From positions 3,782,001-3,846,000 of the forward strand of contig OX638161.1 in assembly GCA_951804945.1 (NCBI GenBank): 64,000 nt of DNA, read 5' to 3'. This stretch comes from Podarcis cretensis (lineage: Eukaryota). The notes under the pieces were generated by a model, which was not told where the DNA came from, searched no databases, and saw only the letters and a program-made list of their open reading frames with translations. Shown in pieces: positions 36,719-49,264 of this stretch (position 1 is the stretch's first letter; each line of letters begins with the position of its first letter). Made by a program: the position numbers and the translations under genes.

Positions 36719-38868
36719 ATATAAATGGCATGTGAGGAAGATGGTTGAACCTTCTCTCCTGTCATACTAGTTTTGGTTTGTTTTTACATGACAGGTATTT
36801 TTATGCAGGAAGAATTCATATGGGCCTATAGCCTATAGTCATGTGGCTGCACTTTATCACGGTTCTGCTGACTGTGTACACTGGCTCTAACTATAATGTG
36901 TGTTACAGCATTAAAACCCCCACTGACAGTTTTTCTCAGAAATAGGCCCCACTGATTTCAGTGGGTCTTACCTCCATGCAAGTCTGCACAGGGCTCCAGT
37001 CCTAGCCTTGCAGTTGGCAATTACCCTCCTCATAGATTCCTCCCTGGCTACTCATCTTACTTTAATTCAATGAATTGATTTTAAACATTTATATACCGCT
37101 TTACATTTAACATTTTCAAAGTGGTGTGGAGAAAAATATATAAAGAAAGCAATATATAAGCAGAACAATGAATAACACATAATGCGTGATAATAGATGGC
37201 CTTCTAAATTTCATTCTGCACTTCACATTTATTTGATAAAGGAAATGATTTTGCTCATTTTATTACCATGTATCTTGGCTACGTCAGGGAAATTTTTGGA
37301 ATGTTGTCTGTTAGTGCCCTCAGCATCAAGGCATGAACACCACTTGGCTCTCTTTCCTGAGATGTAGCTTACAACAATTAAAATCAATGGGAGTTGCTAT
37401 TGATTAAATGGGGCATTCATACCAGTAAAGATAAGTTAATTCACCACGTGAAACAGCTTTGCCTCAGAAATAAGTCATGGAATCATGTGCATGGTGAAAA
37501 CCTACATGCACAGGCCTTTTGGGACCAATAATATTAATTGGTGCATACAGCTGGCTACTGTGGTTACTGTATTACTATGAATTTTATATTGTTGATTTCT
37601 ATTGACCACTGCCTATGGGACGCCTTCAAGGAGGAGGCCTCCATGCACAGCAATGATCTGAACAGTGTGTGGAGCACAAAGAAAAGAACTCTGTCTGTTG
37701 ACATGATTTTGCGGCAAATCTTGGGGCTCATCCACATTTCCGTTTGTCCCCTTATTTCTATGCATGGGTTTGAGAGAAGGTTTTGTTGTCCTGGCACTTT
37801 CCTCAGGAAAACCTACAGAGCAAACTTCAATCACGTTTTCTGCAAATTGACGTTGGGAGGCAGATTTGGAAATAAACTCATAAATATATAAAGGCTGGTA
37901 TGTTAACTACCCAGGAGTCATGGCTTTAAACCGCAGAGAAAATCTGCCATTCTAGGGATACCTTCTGTGGAGACAAGCCCTTCTGGTTTCTGAGTGCAAG
38001 GATTTGCACCCTGAACCTTGTAGTAAATTAGAAAAAAGTGCAAAACAATCCAATTAAACAGTTAACCTTAAATAATCTGATCTTCTAGGCACACATCAGC
38101 TTTACAACCAATAAATGCAAAGGATTGCGTAAGAAGGTGCTTCTCTTTTCACACCAAGAGAAGCTTAGGAGTCCAAAAACAATAATCAAATAATTCTATC
38201 ACAATAATTTAGCTAAAGTGACCATTTTCTTTACATCGTACATAAATTCAGTTCAATATTCTTGTACCTTGTTAATAGTTTGCATATTATAATCTTTGTT
38301 GTAAAATGCAGGTTAGGAGACCCACACACATTCCAGGGATCAATTTCTCCATTTAATCAAGTGAATCAAGGGTCCACCCACATAATAAAGACGTTCACTT
38401 GGAAACCTTTCAAAGTTTCCAGGGCTGGGGCCGGCCTGCCTCCAGGGCACACAGGCCAAGAATGCAGACGTGCTTGCTGCCCTATGGAGAGTTCCTGGAG
38501 AATCGGAGCAATTCAGATATGCTAAGGCACAAAGCCTCCAGGAACACAACAGGCACAACCAGACCCAAGGCAGTCTCCCTATCTTGCCACTGGAGTAGAA
38601 CAGCAGGTGGGCCAGCTCTTTCTGTCCTCTGTTGAGGGAGGGAGGCAAGTGAGGATTGCACCTGGGTGACTCTATCGCTCCTGCTCAAGGGAGACCAAAG
38701 ATACTGAGCTCGCCTGCCTGGATACTGCTGGCTGTCACCACCATCATCATCATTGCTGACAGATTGGAGCTGGTGCAACAGCCTTGCTTCCACAAGAGGG
38801 TGAGGGTGATACCCACAATCTTTGGGGGCTAGTGCTGGAATCACCTGATTGCAATCACAGTCAGAGTA

Positions 38869-40176
38869 CTGGAGCAGGTCATTAAGCAAACAGTCTGTGA
38901 GCACCTAGAAAGGAATGCTGTGGTCACCAATAGTCAGCATGGATTTCTGAAAAATAAGTCATGTCAGACTAACCTGATCTCGTTTTTTGACAGAATTACA
39001 AGCCTGGTAGATGAAGGGAACGCAGTGGATGTAGCCTACCTTGATTTCAGCAAGGCATTTGACAAGGTGCCCCATGATATTCTTGTAAAGAAGCTGGTAA
39101 AATGCGGTCTTGACTATGCTACCACTCAGTGGATTTGTAACTGGCTGACTGACCGAACCCAAAGGGTGCTCATCAATGGTTCCTCTTCATCCTGGAGAAG
39201 AGTGACTAGTGGGGTGCCACAGGGTTCTGTCTTGGGCCCGGTCTTATTCAACATCTTTATCAACGACTTGGATGACGGACTCAAGGGCATCCTGATCAAA
39301 TTTGCAGATGACACCAAACTGGGAGGGGTGGCTAACACCCCAGAGGACAGGATCACACTTCCAAACTACCTTGACAGATTAGAGAACTGGGCCAAAACAA
39401 ACAAGATGAATTTTAACAGGGAGAAATGTAAAGTATTGCACTTGGGCAAAAAAAATGAGAGGCACAAATACAAGATGGGTGACACCTGGCTTGAGAGCAG
39501 TACATGTGAAAAGGATCTAGGAGTCTTGGTTGACCACAAACTTGACATGAGCCAACAGTGTGACGCGGCAGCTAAAAAAGCCAATGCAATTCTTGGCTGC
39601 ATCAATAGGAGTATAGCACCTAGATCAAGGGAAGTAATAGTGCCACTGTATTCTGCTCTGGTCAGACCTCACCTGGAGTACTGTGTCCAGTTCTGGGCAC
39701 CACAGTTCAAGAAGGACACTGACAAACTGGAACGTGTCCAGAGGAGGGCAACCAAAATGGTCAAAGGCCTGGAAACAATGCCTTATGAGGAACGGCTAAG
39801 GGAGCTGGGCATGTTTAGCCTGGAGTAGAGGAGGTTAAGGGGTGATATGATAGCTATGTTCAAATATATAAAAGGATGTCACATAGAAGAGGGAGAAAGG
39901 TTGTTTTCTGCTGCTCCAGAGAAGCGGACACGGAGCAATGGATCCAAACTACAAGAAAAAAGATTCCACCTAAACATTAGGAAGAACTTCCTGACAGTAA
40001 GAGCTGTTCGACAGTGGAATTTGCTGCCAAGGAGTGTGGTGGAGTCTCCTTCTTTGGAGGTCTTTAAGCAGAGGCTTGACAACCATATGTCAGGAGTGCT
40101 CTGATGGTGTTTCCTGCTTGGCAGGGGGTTGGACTTGATGGCCCTTGTGGTCTCTTCCAATTCTATGATTCTATGA
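38869..40176 (+). mobile_element. Young CR1 LINE 3' fragment (RT domain)
   Basis: 302-aa open RT segment with FADD, then a single premature TAG at ~39826, then the ATTCTATG tail. Confidence 0.95.
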
Positions 40177-40705
40177 TGCTACTATTTGTTACTAGCATCA
40201 ATGACTACAGTATCATAGGAACACTGATCCAGAGCATATTTTCTACAGCCTTTATATTTGCTTACATGTAAGATTGGGTATGTATTTTAGTTGTGCATAT
40301 TGTATTATGCATTTTATTTTATATAGACGCAGGTTTCATCGCATTTATATTGTAATTTCAGCTTGTTAAGTCTGGCTGATGAATTGATCAAGATTGGCTG
40401 ATGAAGCATTGAACAAAACAGATTGGTTATCCGGAAACTCTGTTCCGGTGATATTTGGTGACAGATTATGTATATATCAAACTTTTGAATTATTCTACCG
40501 CAACTGGTGAAGAAGATTTAGAGACTTTGGTTGCCATTTCTGATCATCTGTATTAGTCTATTAATAGTCTTTAGTGCCATTGTTATTGGCCATTGTGTTG
40601 CGTTATATTGTTCAGAGTGGGAGAAGTAGCAGCTATGCTTGCACTTCAACACAGGGGTGGGGCAGGATCCGTCCATTCACCATTTGAAAGGTAACTTATG
40701 AATAC

Positions 40706-40841
40706 CACACCCTCCAACATTTCTCCAATGAAAAGAGGGACATCCTAAGGAAAAGTGGGATGCTCTGGGATCAGATCAGAAACCAGGACAGCTTCTTTAA
40801 ATCAGGACATCCCTGGAAAATAGGGATATTTGAAGGGTCTG
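40706..40841. mobile_element. hAT Blackjack-like MITE
   Basis: Ends CACACCCTCCAA / TTGAAGGGTCTG, internal GGGACA motifs, and GAATAC on both flanks. Confidence 0.55.
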
Positions 40842-42024
40842 GAATACTGTTAAATCATCATCATCTTGGCAAAGAATTTCCAAAGGAACCTGCTTCTTCC
40901 CATGCCTAGGTTTGCCCTCAAATTCATGCCCTGGTAAAGCACACTATAGTGGACCTCTGCACTCTCTTTCTGCTCATAAAAACCAGCTTTAGAGTTATTT
41001 ACATTTTACAGAACAGAACTTTTGGGCAGTGTGTTTAGCAACATCCTTATACCACATCGGGTTATTTGTCTTATGTAGCCCAATCTTGTCTACCCTGACT
41101 GGCAGTGGCCCTCCAAGATCTCAGGCAAATGACCTTTCACAGCCCTTCTAAACAGATCCTTTTTTTAAGGTCAAGGGTGGAGCCAGAGACTTTCTGGAGG
41201 CAAAGCATGCCCTCCTCTCTCCCTGACTTTGGGTCCCTTCTGCAACAAACACTTGCTGACCTCTCTGGCCTTAGCCCCCCACCACCACCACTTGCTCTTT
41301 GTTCACCTTCAGTTGGGATGATCAGGCACAGGAAAATTCTGCCCTCACACACCTGGTCTGGGAACTATGAGTTCCAGGGCAAGCGGAGGCAGGATGTCCA
41401 CCCACTGGGTCCCTGTGCCAGCTGCACCTCCCTATCTAGAAATCCTATCTTAGTCTGTGTTTATTTTATTCATTGTTTTTTCATGTGAAAACCTTTCAAA
41501 CGTTTTACTCAACACCCTCTCTGGCAACGCACATTGTGCTTTGCTTCCAGAAAGAATAAACGACATGGGAGATCATAGAAATATAACATTAGAAAAGAAA
41601 ATTCTTTTGAAGAGAACATAGCATGAGTTTTATCTCAAATAGTAGTGGAAGTAACAATATGTGTGAGCTAATTGTATCCTTGCAAATATAAAACTACAAG
41701 ATCCCCCAAACTGTGCTGTTGTTTCTCTTAAAAAAAAGTCTCGGGTTTCCTGCAGCAGACTTCCCTTACACTGTACAATGGAAAAGTTCCCATGAATAGA
41801 ACAGAAATTAAGAGAGATTCTCACATTTCAGTTTGGGTATGATCCAGTCAATAGTATGCAAGCTTATGGTTCATCCATTTCAGTGATAAACACACTGACT
41901 TCAATGAGAAATTTCATAACGTGGTTAACTCTGTTATTAAAAGCGATAAGAATACAGTTGCATGTTTTGCTCAGAAGTAAGTGCTAGTGTGTTTAATGGA
42001 CTTACTCCCTAGTAAGTAAGCATA

Positions 42025-42166
42025 CGAGATGGTTGGACAGTGTTCTCGAAGCTACGAACATGAGTTTGACCAAACTGCAGGAGGCAGTGGAAGACAGGAG
42101 TGCCTGGTGTGCTCTGGTCCATGGGGTCACGAAGAGTCGGACACGACTAAACGACTAAACAACAAC
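42025..42166 (+). mobile_element. BovB LINE 3' end
   Basis: GATGGTTGGACAGTG...GGTCCATGGGGTCACGAAGAGTCGGACACGACTAAACGACTAAACAACAAC. TSD AAGTAAGCATA at 42014-42024 and 42167-42177. Confidence 0.9.
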
Positions 42167-45100
42167 AAGTAAGCATAGGATTGCATCTCTTAAAAAAAGC
42201 TTACCTTCAGTGGAAGTTTGTAGTGGACTAACAGAATAAGGAAATTTATGGATCACTCTGAAATCCATGTGTGCATATATCTTGCTTTTCCATAGAGGAA
42301 ATGAGGCTACAAATAGCCAGCCTTTCAAGACTTGTACACTAACTAGGTCAGCACAAGTGTCCCCACAACACAAGGGCAGTCACACCTGGCTCACCCTGCC
42401 ATCTCCCAGGTACTGCCTTCTGTGATGACGCTGGCTTCTTTCTGAGAATGCACTCAGGATATAGCACTGCAGACTGACTAGGCACTGCTTCTGAAATAGC
42501 CAGAAGCACATCAGCACTCACTGGAGACAGAACCATTTTGGTGAACACAAAGTCCAGCACTACCTTCCCATCTGGTGCTAAGGAAGCTGAAGAGCATGAC
42601 CAACTCAGAAGTAGCAGATCCCACCACTGGCACCAATTATGTAGCAGATCCCATCACTATATACCAACTGCAGTGGATCCAAACTACTTATACATTGTAT
42701 AATAACCACCACAGGTTATCTTCTGGTTTATCTGTGAGGGAAATCTTAAATACTTGAAGACTAAGGCAGAAGTTGAACAAATAAGATAGATTCATTTCAC
42801 AGAACAAGGTGGATAAAACAGGATGTGTCAGGAGATAATGTCCTTTCAGGAAACAGTTAACCTATTAATAATTATCCTAAATCTAATGGATGTTACAGGC
42901 TACTAATCACGCACAGCTTCTTTTAAATGTCAGTCACTTAAGTTCAGTTATTACACTTCAGGTAGTTATTACAGGTGTCCAGACTAGATGGAAAATGCTC
43001 AGAATTACTTCACTTCAGTTCCTTAAGTTAGTTGCATAGATGTTATAGCTTAATACTTTGGTTCTTAAACAAGGTGGTACTTTCTGTCAGTTACCCTATT
43101 CTATCAATGACACTCCTGAGGTATTTTGAATAGTATTACAGATGCAGGGGATCACCACACCCCTTTTAACTGGTCTTGGAGTCTTCTCTTTCTAGAAGAT
43201 GTCTCCTCTCCTGACTGAAATGAGACCAAAGTAGATGGTATCCTCACAGCTTCTACTGCTCCTGGCTGGATGTCAAACTCAATTTTGAACCAACTCTCTC
43301 AGACAAACCCTATCTCCCATCTCAGATCAAGTCCTATCTAACCACTCCCTTGGAAATGGCTCCTTTTATTCTCCCTCCCAAATTGCTGGCTCCACCCACC
43401 TCTGACTAGCTGTCTTGGTATCCAATCAGAGAGGGGCTCCAGCCCTCTGGTGGAATTCTGAAGGACTGCATCACCAGCCTCTGCTGTCCATCACAGCTGC
43501 CTTGCTTCCTGAGCAAGCCCTCTCCAAGTGGTACAGGCCAAGTTAAGCAGTGCTTCTGAGAAGGCTGTGAACTGAGGAGGTATCAGGAGGCAATGCTGAG
43601 GCCTCAGCACTGGGCCCACTGCCAATCCCCAATTTCCCTACCCCTCTTTGCTCTTCCTGCCTGTTCACTTGTCCTCAGCAAGTGAACAGTGAGAGGAGCA
43701 AGGAGGAAGAGTTTCCATCCACCTTGCCCTCTCCCACGGTGTGGACAGGGCCCAAGGGGAGAGGACAAATGAAAAGACAGCAGGGACCGCAATGAGGAGG
43801 AGATACATCAACAGACAAGGAAGGGGTCCATAAGGCACCTTGTACCAAGGTCTTCCAAAACCTGGGATCTGGCCCTGCCAGCAGCACTTCAGTCAGCTCA
43901 AAGATGGACAACAGAAATGGCACACAGATATTTTTGTCCTCGGGTAAATACGCAGCAATTTCAGAACCAGACATTAACACAAATAAAGCAGTTAGGCTGC
44001 TGTTGAAGCACACTGACCCTGCTTTGGTCGGACATACAGTTTTCCTTGCAAGATCAAGTTCAGGAGAAACCTGCTAGTTTCCATTGCAGAATCCGTGTGC
44101 GCATATCAACTGATTGACTGACCCTGGTTACATCACAAAGTTCCCAAGGCAGTTTTTCTAGTTTGAAAACTTATAGTTTAATAGATTTGATTAACTTCCA
44201 AGGCCCTGATCTTTTTTTTAAGATGAACCGCACGCCTGAAGCAAAGATGAAAAGGAAAGTGGATTTGGAAGTGCACATTTCATCAGCCAAGCAGAGTCGG
44301 AATTCCAACTCAACCTGAAACTGAAAAAAATAAAACTGGCTCCAAGTTAAATGTATGTATGCATGCTTGGCCTGTATATTAAGTACAGTTTTTTAAAACA
44401 TACAAACTACTTTTTAGTAAAAAATGACTAAAAATAGTGCACAGTCATAAATCTCAAATACGGGACATCTAAGCAAATTTTGTTTTCAATTTCAGGAACG
44501 ATATTTGCCTTCAGAAGTCAAAAATAGGCTAACCTTTTCTTAGTTATATGGGCGCTTAAAAATAATAATTGGAAGTCATGTGTATATTATTTTTTATCGA
44601 AGACAAAGTTGCTTGCTTTCACTTTGCAAGGTGGTGTTAACATTTTCAGCAAACTGGTCTTGGCAAGCTAACAATGACAACAATAAACCCATTTCTTCTA
44701 AAATCATTTCCTTAAACTTCCAGCTTCCTAAATATCAAACAGAGGACAATCCCTGCTATGGCTTTCTCATCTGGGGGTCTTTGTAATAATTGGAAGTTTA
44801 GGAAGCAAAATGTTGAGATTGACTCTCCAGAGACAGGAGAAGGGAAAGGCAGGGGAATTGTTTACTAGGCAGGGAGATTCATGTAAGCGTAGGAAACTTA
44901 ACTCCTCGATGCTTTATGGTGCATGGTGGATGATTCTGAGTAGGCTCAGGCCACTTACTTAAGGGGAGAACCACCAGTAACTTACTAAAGGTTCTCACTG
45001 TCAAAGGACTCAGCCCTACTGCTATCTTTAAGACTCAGAGGTGGAGTCGCCTGCAAATACCTGCATCTCTCTAGGTCAAAGATGGTAAAATCAGGCCAGG

Positions 45101-46483
45101 GTCCAGCCAGTTCCCTCATGGAGATGAGGTCAAGAACACTACATCTCTTGTCAGTGTGTATCAGGCTTCAGTTGGCTTTAGTCTCCCTGCTGAGACAACT
45201 TTCTCCTATGCCTAAGAAGAGCTTTATCCAGAGGTGTTCCCTTGGAGGTGAAGGATGCTTTGGACCTGACTTTGCCTGCCTTTCCTAGGCTTTCCGTGCT
45301 TTGAACTAAGTTGGCCTGCGGTGACTTGACTTTGCCTACATTGACCAGGCTTAGTCTGTCACAAGTTGACTTTGCTTACGTTGACCAGACATTGCCTGTT
45401 TGGACTTGACTTCACAATCCTCTACCAGCTTCCTCTGTGGATCTTAAGAATCCATGGAATAAGATAGCTTTACTTCATGTTTTGTGATCACTTGTCCCAT
45501 GGACCCTATTTCATCTTGGTGAGAAATGAACTTCTCTCTGAAGCATTTACCATTGGTACAGATGCCACCATTATTTCTTTAGTTATTTCCTTCACTCCTT
45601 TCAGCTTCATTTTCACCTTGTATGAATGGGGATTTTGTGGGGTGTTTGTACGCTATGTGGCTGGGCATCCAGTCTTAAAACCATGTCCACAGGATCTCAT
45701 TTGAACAGCAGGGTCCCCAAACACATTCTGTTTCTCCAACTATTTTCAGCAAGCCATTCACTATGAACCCCAGACTTCGCTCCTGGTCCATCATTGCCAG
45801 TGCATGTGAAATTAAGATTATTATTTTTTTGCCCATTAAAAAAACAGTCTGCAGCAAAAAGCCCCCGTCCTTCAGACAGCATGCACAAGATGTAGAAAAG
45901 TTATTGACCTTGGAAGGGTTTGCCCAGGTAGAAGAGTGCAGTGCAGGAAGGGTTCAAAAATAGGGCATTTTGCTATCAGGTGTCATACCCAGGTGCACAG
46001 GTGTGAGGCATCGCTGCAAGCCAGTGCAAGCTCAGTGAAGTTAAAGGCAAGAAGTTAAAAACCACCACTAGGCGTTTTCTCTCATAATAAGAAGTCCCAC
46101 CTGACGGGACTCATGCACTGCTGCCACTATTCATTCTTAAGTGATTTTAGGTGAGGAAATGGATGTAATATTGAGGGTAACTAATGGAAGGAACATGGAT
46201 TTTGGAGCAAGATCTGGAACACTGGAGTGCAACATTTAATTGTTTTATTGGGTAAATTAATGGAATATTTTATTTGGGTGATATAGGTGGGAGGCGCATT
46301 AATTTATTTGGGGTAAACTTTACGAAGAATTAACTGGATTCATTATGTGAACTTTTACATTCTAGTAATTTATAAATGGTCATATAAATATGTGTGCAAA
46401 TTTGCGTGCCGTTTCATTCTCTTTTTTCCAGTGGTGCAGATCCTCTCCTTATGACAATGCATAAATGGCTACTCTACATATAA

Positions 46484-46840
46484 GGAGGCGCTGTGGGTTA
46501 AAGCCTCAGCGCCTAGGGCTTGCCGATCGAAAGGTCGGCGGTTCGAATCCCTGCGGCGGGGTGCGCTCCCGCTGCTCGGTCCCAGCGCCTGCCAACCTAG
46601 CAGTTCGAAAGCACCCCCGGGTGCAAGTAGATAAATAGGGACCGCTTACCAGCGGGAAGGTAAATGGCATTTCCGTGTGCGGCTCTGGCTCGCCAGAGCA
46701 GCAATGTCACGCTGGCCACGTGACCCGGAAGTGTCTCCGGACAGCGCTGGCCCCTGGCCTCTTAAGTGAGATGGGCGCACAACCCCAGAGTCTGTCAAGA
46801 CTGGCCCGTACAGGCAGGGGTACCTTTACCTTTACCTTTA
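46484..46840 (+). mobile_element. Sauria SINE (subfamily B)
   Basis: Nearly identical to the 47721 and 25958 copies; no clear TSD. Confidence 0.92.
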
Positions 46841-47143
46841 ACAAATTATTCAACAGTTTTTCCAGGCTTCTGAGCTCTTCAGCTGAAGCAGATCATCTCC
46901 TAAACTAGATTCCTCTTGGTGATTTCTGAACTTCTGAATTTTCAGCTGAATTTAAAATAATAGGACAGGAAAACAGAACTAGCCAAAGAAGAGGAAGAAA
47001 GATAGTTAACAATGCAGGTTAAAGTAACAGAAGGGCCATTTTTATTTTGTAACTTTTCGGTAGTTCAGAGTCAGGAACAGGACTTAGTTTCTCTCCACCT
47101 GATTAGTGCACTTTGGGTAAGTTTACACATCCACTTGCATTAT

Positions 47144-47225
47144 CATAGAATCATATGACTGTAGAATTGAAAGGGACCCCGAGGGTCATCTAGTCCAACC
47201 CCCTGCAAGGCAGGAATCCTTTGCT
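47144..47225 (-). mobile_element. CR1 / CR1-tailed SINE 3' end
   Basis: TCATAGAATCAT...GGTCATCTAGTCCAACCCCCTGC. Confidence 0.7.
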
Positions 47226-47684
47226 CAACAACTGTCAATCATAAATCAAAGATACTTTAAAATGGAGAAATGGGGGAGAGTTGAGGGAAATATTCACTTT
47301 CCATAACTCTTTACCAACCCACCCCCACCATATATGACATACCGAAGTGACAAAGTTCATGAAATAGCCCAGGTCAAAGTTTCAAGGTCCACTTCAATTG
47401 CTGAGGGCAATCTAATCTAATTTTGATTAGCCAAGCAGAGTAATCTTCCAGACATCCAGTATTTGTAGCAGGATGTATTGTGTTTCACTTCCTCTTCACT
47501 GTACACAAATAAGCCTCTCCATATTCCCTCATATAACCTTTCTATAGGTACTAAACAATTAGGATTATCATTCCACTTAGAAGCTGCAGCTAGTGCAGAA
47601 TTCAGCTGCCAGGTTATAAACAAGGTAAGAGACAGTAGAGCCATTGCCCAAAGCACTGGTCTGTTGTTGAACTGCTATAGCCTT

Positions 47685-48188
47685 TCAGTAGCACCTTAAA
47701 GACCAACTAAGTTAGTTCTTAAGGGACGCAGGTGGCGCTGTGGGTTAAAGCCTCAGCGCCTAGGGCTTGCCGATCGAAAGGTCGGTGGTTCGAATCCCTG
47801 CGGCGGGGTGCGCTCCCGCTGCTCGGTTCCAGCGCCTGCCAACCTAGCAGTTCGAAAGCACCTCCGGGTGCAAGTAGATAAATAGGGACCGCTTACCAGC
47901 GGGAAGGTAAATGGCGTTTCCGTGTGCGGCTCTGGCTCGCCAGAGCAGCGATGTCACGCTGGCCACGTGACCCGGAAGTGTCTCCGGACAGCGCTGGCCC
48001 CTGGCCTCTTAAGTGAGATGGGCGCACAACCCCAGAGTCTGTCAAGACTGGCCCGTACGGGCAGGGGTACCTTTACCTTTACCTTTAAGTTAGTTCTTGG
48101 TATATTAGTTGGTCTTTAAGGTGCTACTGGAAGGGAAAAAAAATTATTTTGTTTTGACTATGGCAGACCAACACGGCTACCTATCTGT
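47685..48188. mobile_element. Penelope-like element remnant with inverted arms
   Basis: Perfect 25-bp inverted repeat (47686-47710 / 48105-48129). 15-bp TSD AACTGCTATAGCCTT (47670-47684, 48189-48203). The end CAGACCAACACGGCTACC resembles reptile Penelope termini (from recall). Confidence 0.65.
47721..48085 (+). mobile_element. Sauria SINE (subfamily B) nested in a Penelope-like remnant
   Basis: 13-bp TSD TAAGTTAGTTCTT at 47708-47720 and 48086-48098. Confidence 0.93.
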
Positions 48189-49264
48189 AACTGCTATAGC
48201 CTTGTGACTGAGAGCGGCAAACCCCTGTACTGATGATACATGGTCCTCTCACACTCCAGACTAGCAATTCTAACACAGAACATTGACATTATATGTGTTC
48301 CAAAATTAATACAATTTCCACACACACACACACACAAAAGAAAATTCAGCAGATGTTCTAAAAGTAATATGAAAAAGACTGTGGCATACCATGCCAGAAA
48401 TTCCTGGTGGAGCACACACAGAGGGCTGCCACATACAAGTGGAGCCATATCATTCATTCCCCTGAGCCAGCCAATCAGACCTGGAGAGAAATTCCTTTCT
48501 GCAGGAATGAGCTGGAGGTGCAGGCAAGTCTTGTGCATCAATAGTTCACTCAGATAACATTGTTTTGGCATTTTATTACCCTTCTATCCTGGAGGAGGCA
48601 AACCCCTCTTAATATGTAGTTTTCTCTGGTGCCCCAGTGAAAGTGAGAAAACAGCCTTAAGGAACCCAGTCAGTCAACATCAACAGCCCATTACTGAATT
48701 GTTAGAAATGTTTACAGAATTTGCCAGGAGGAGGAGGTTTCAAGATTTTATCCCTTTCATACTTAGAACTCTTCTATATTCAGACCGAAGACCTGAGGAC
48801 GTTAACTGGAGATTATTTGTAATTTTTTATATGGGATGGAAGATTGTTAATTTTTTGCAATGTTCATTCTCCTTCCTAAATACATTTTTCACCTGTGCTT
48901 TGGCTAACATTTGTAAAGAGCAACTCACCTGTTATTTTTGGTAGCGAAATTACATCACTGATTTTAATCTTGAAAGATACAGGTTCTTCTTCGCCCTCTC
49001 AGTCCTACCAGTTGCACTTCCCAGCTGGAGTTCATCTTTCCATGAGATGAATAAACAAAGTTGCCTTATACAGAGCCACACCAATGATCCATTTAGCCTC
49101 CTACTGTCAGCTGACTTTCCAAATCCTATCATATCTGGAAGAGAGATGTGAAAGGTTTTCAGATGGAAAATCCACCCAGGAACTTCTCATGCCAGGAGTT
49201 GAATTCAGCATTAAACTAGGGATGTTGAAAAATAAAAGCAGCCCTACAGTGTGTGAAGCCTTGC

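Noticed and set aside
38340-38904. Moderately GC-rich stretch with a 140-aa ORF next to the CR1
   Set aside because: No recognisable domain, splice structure or TSD that would link it to a gene or a transduction.
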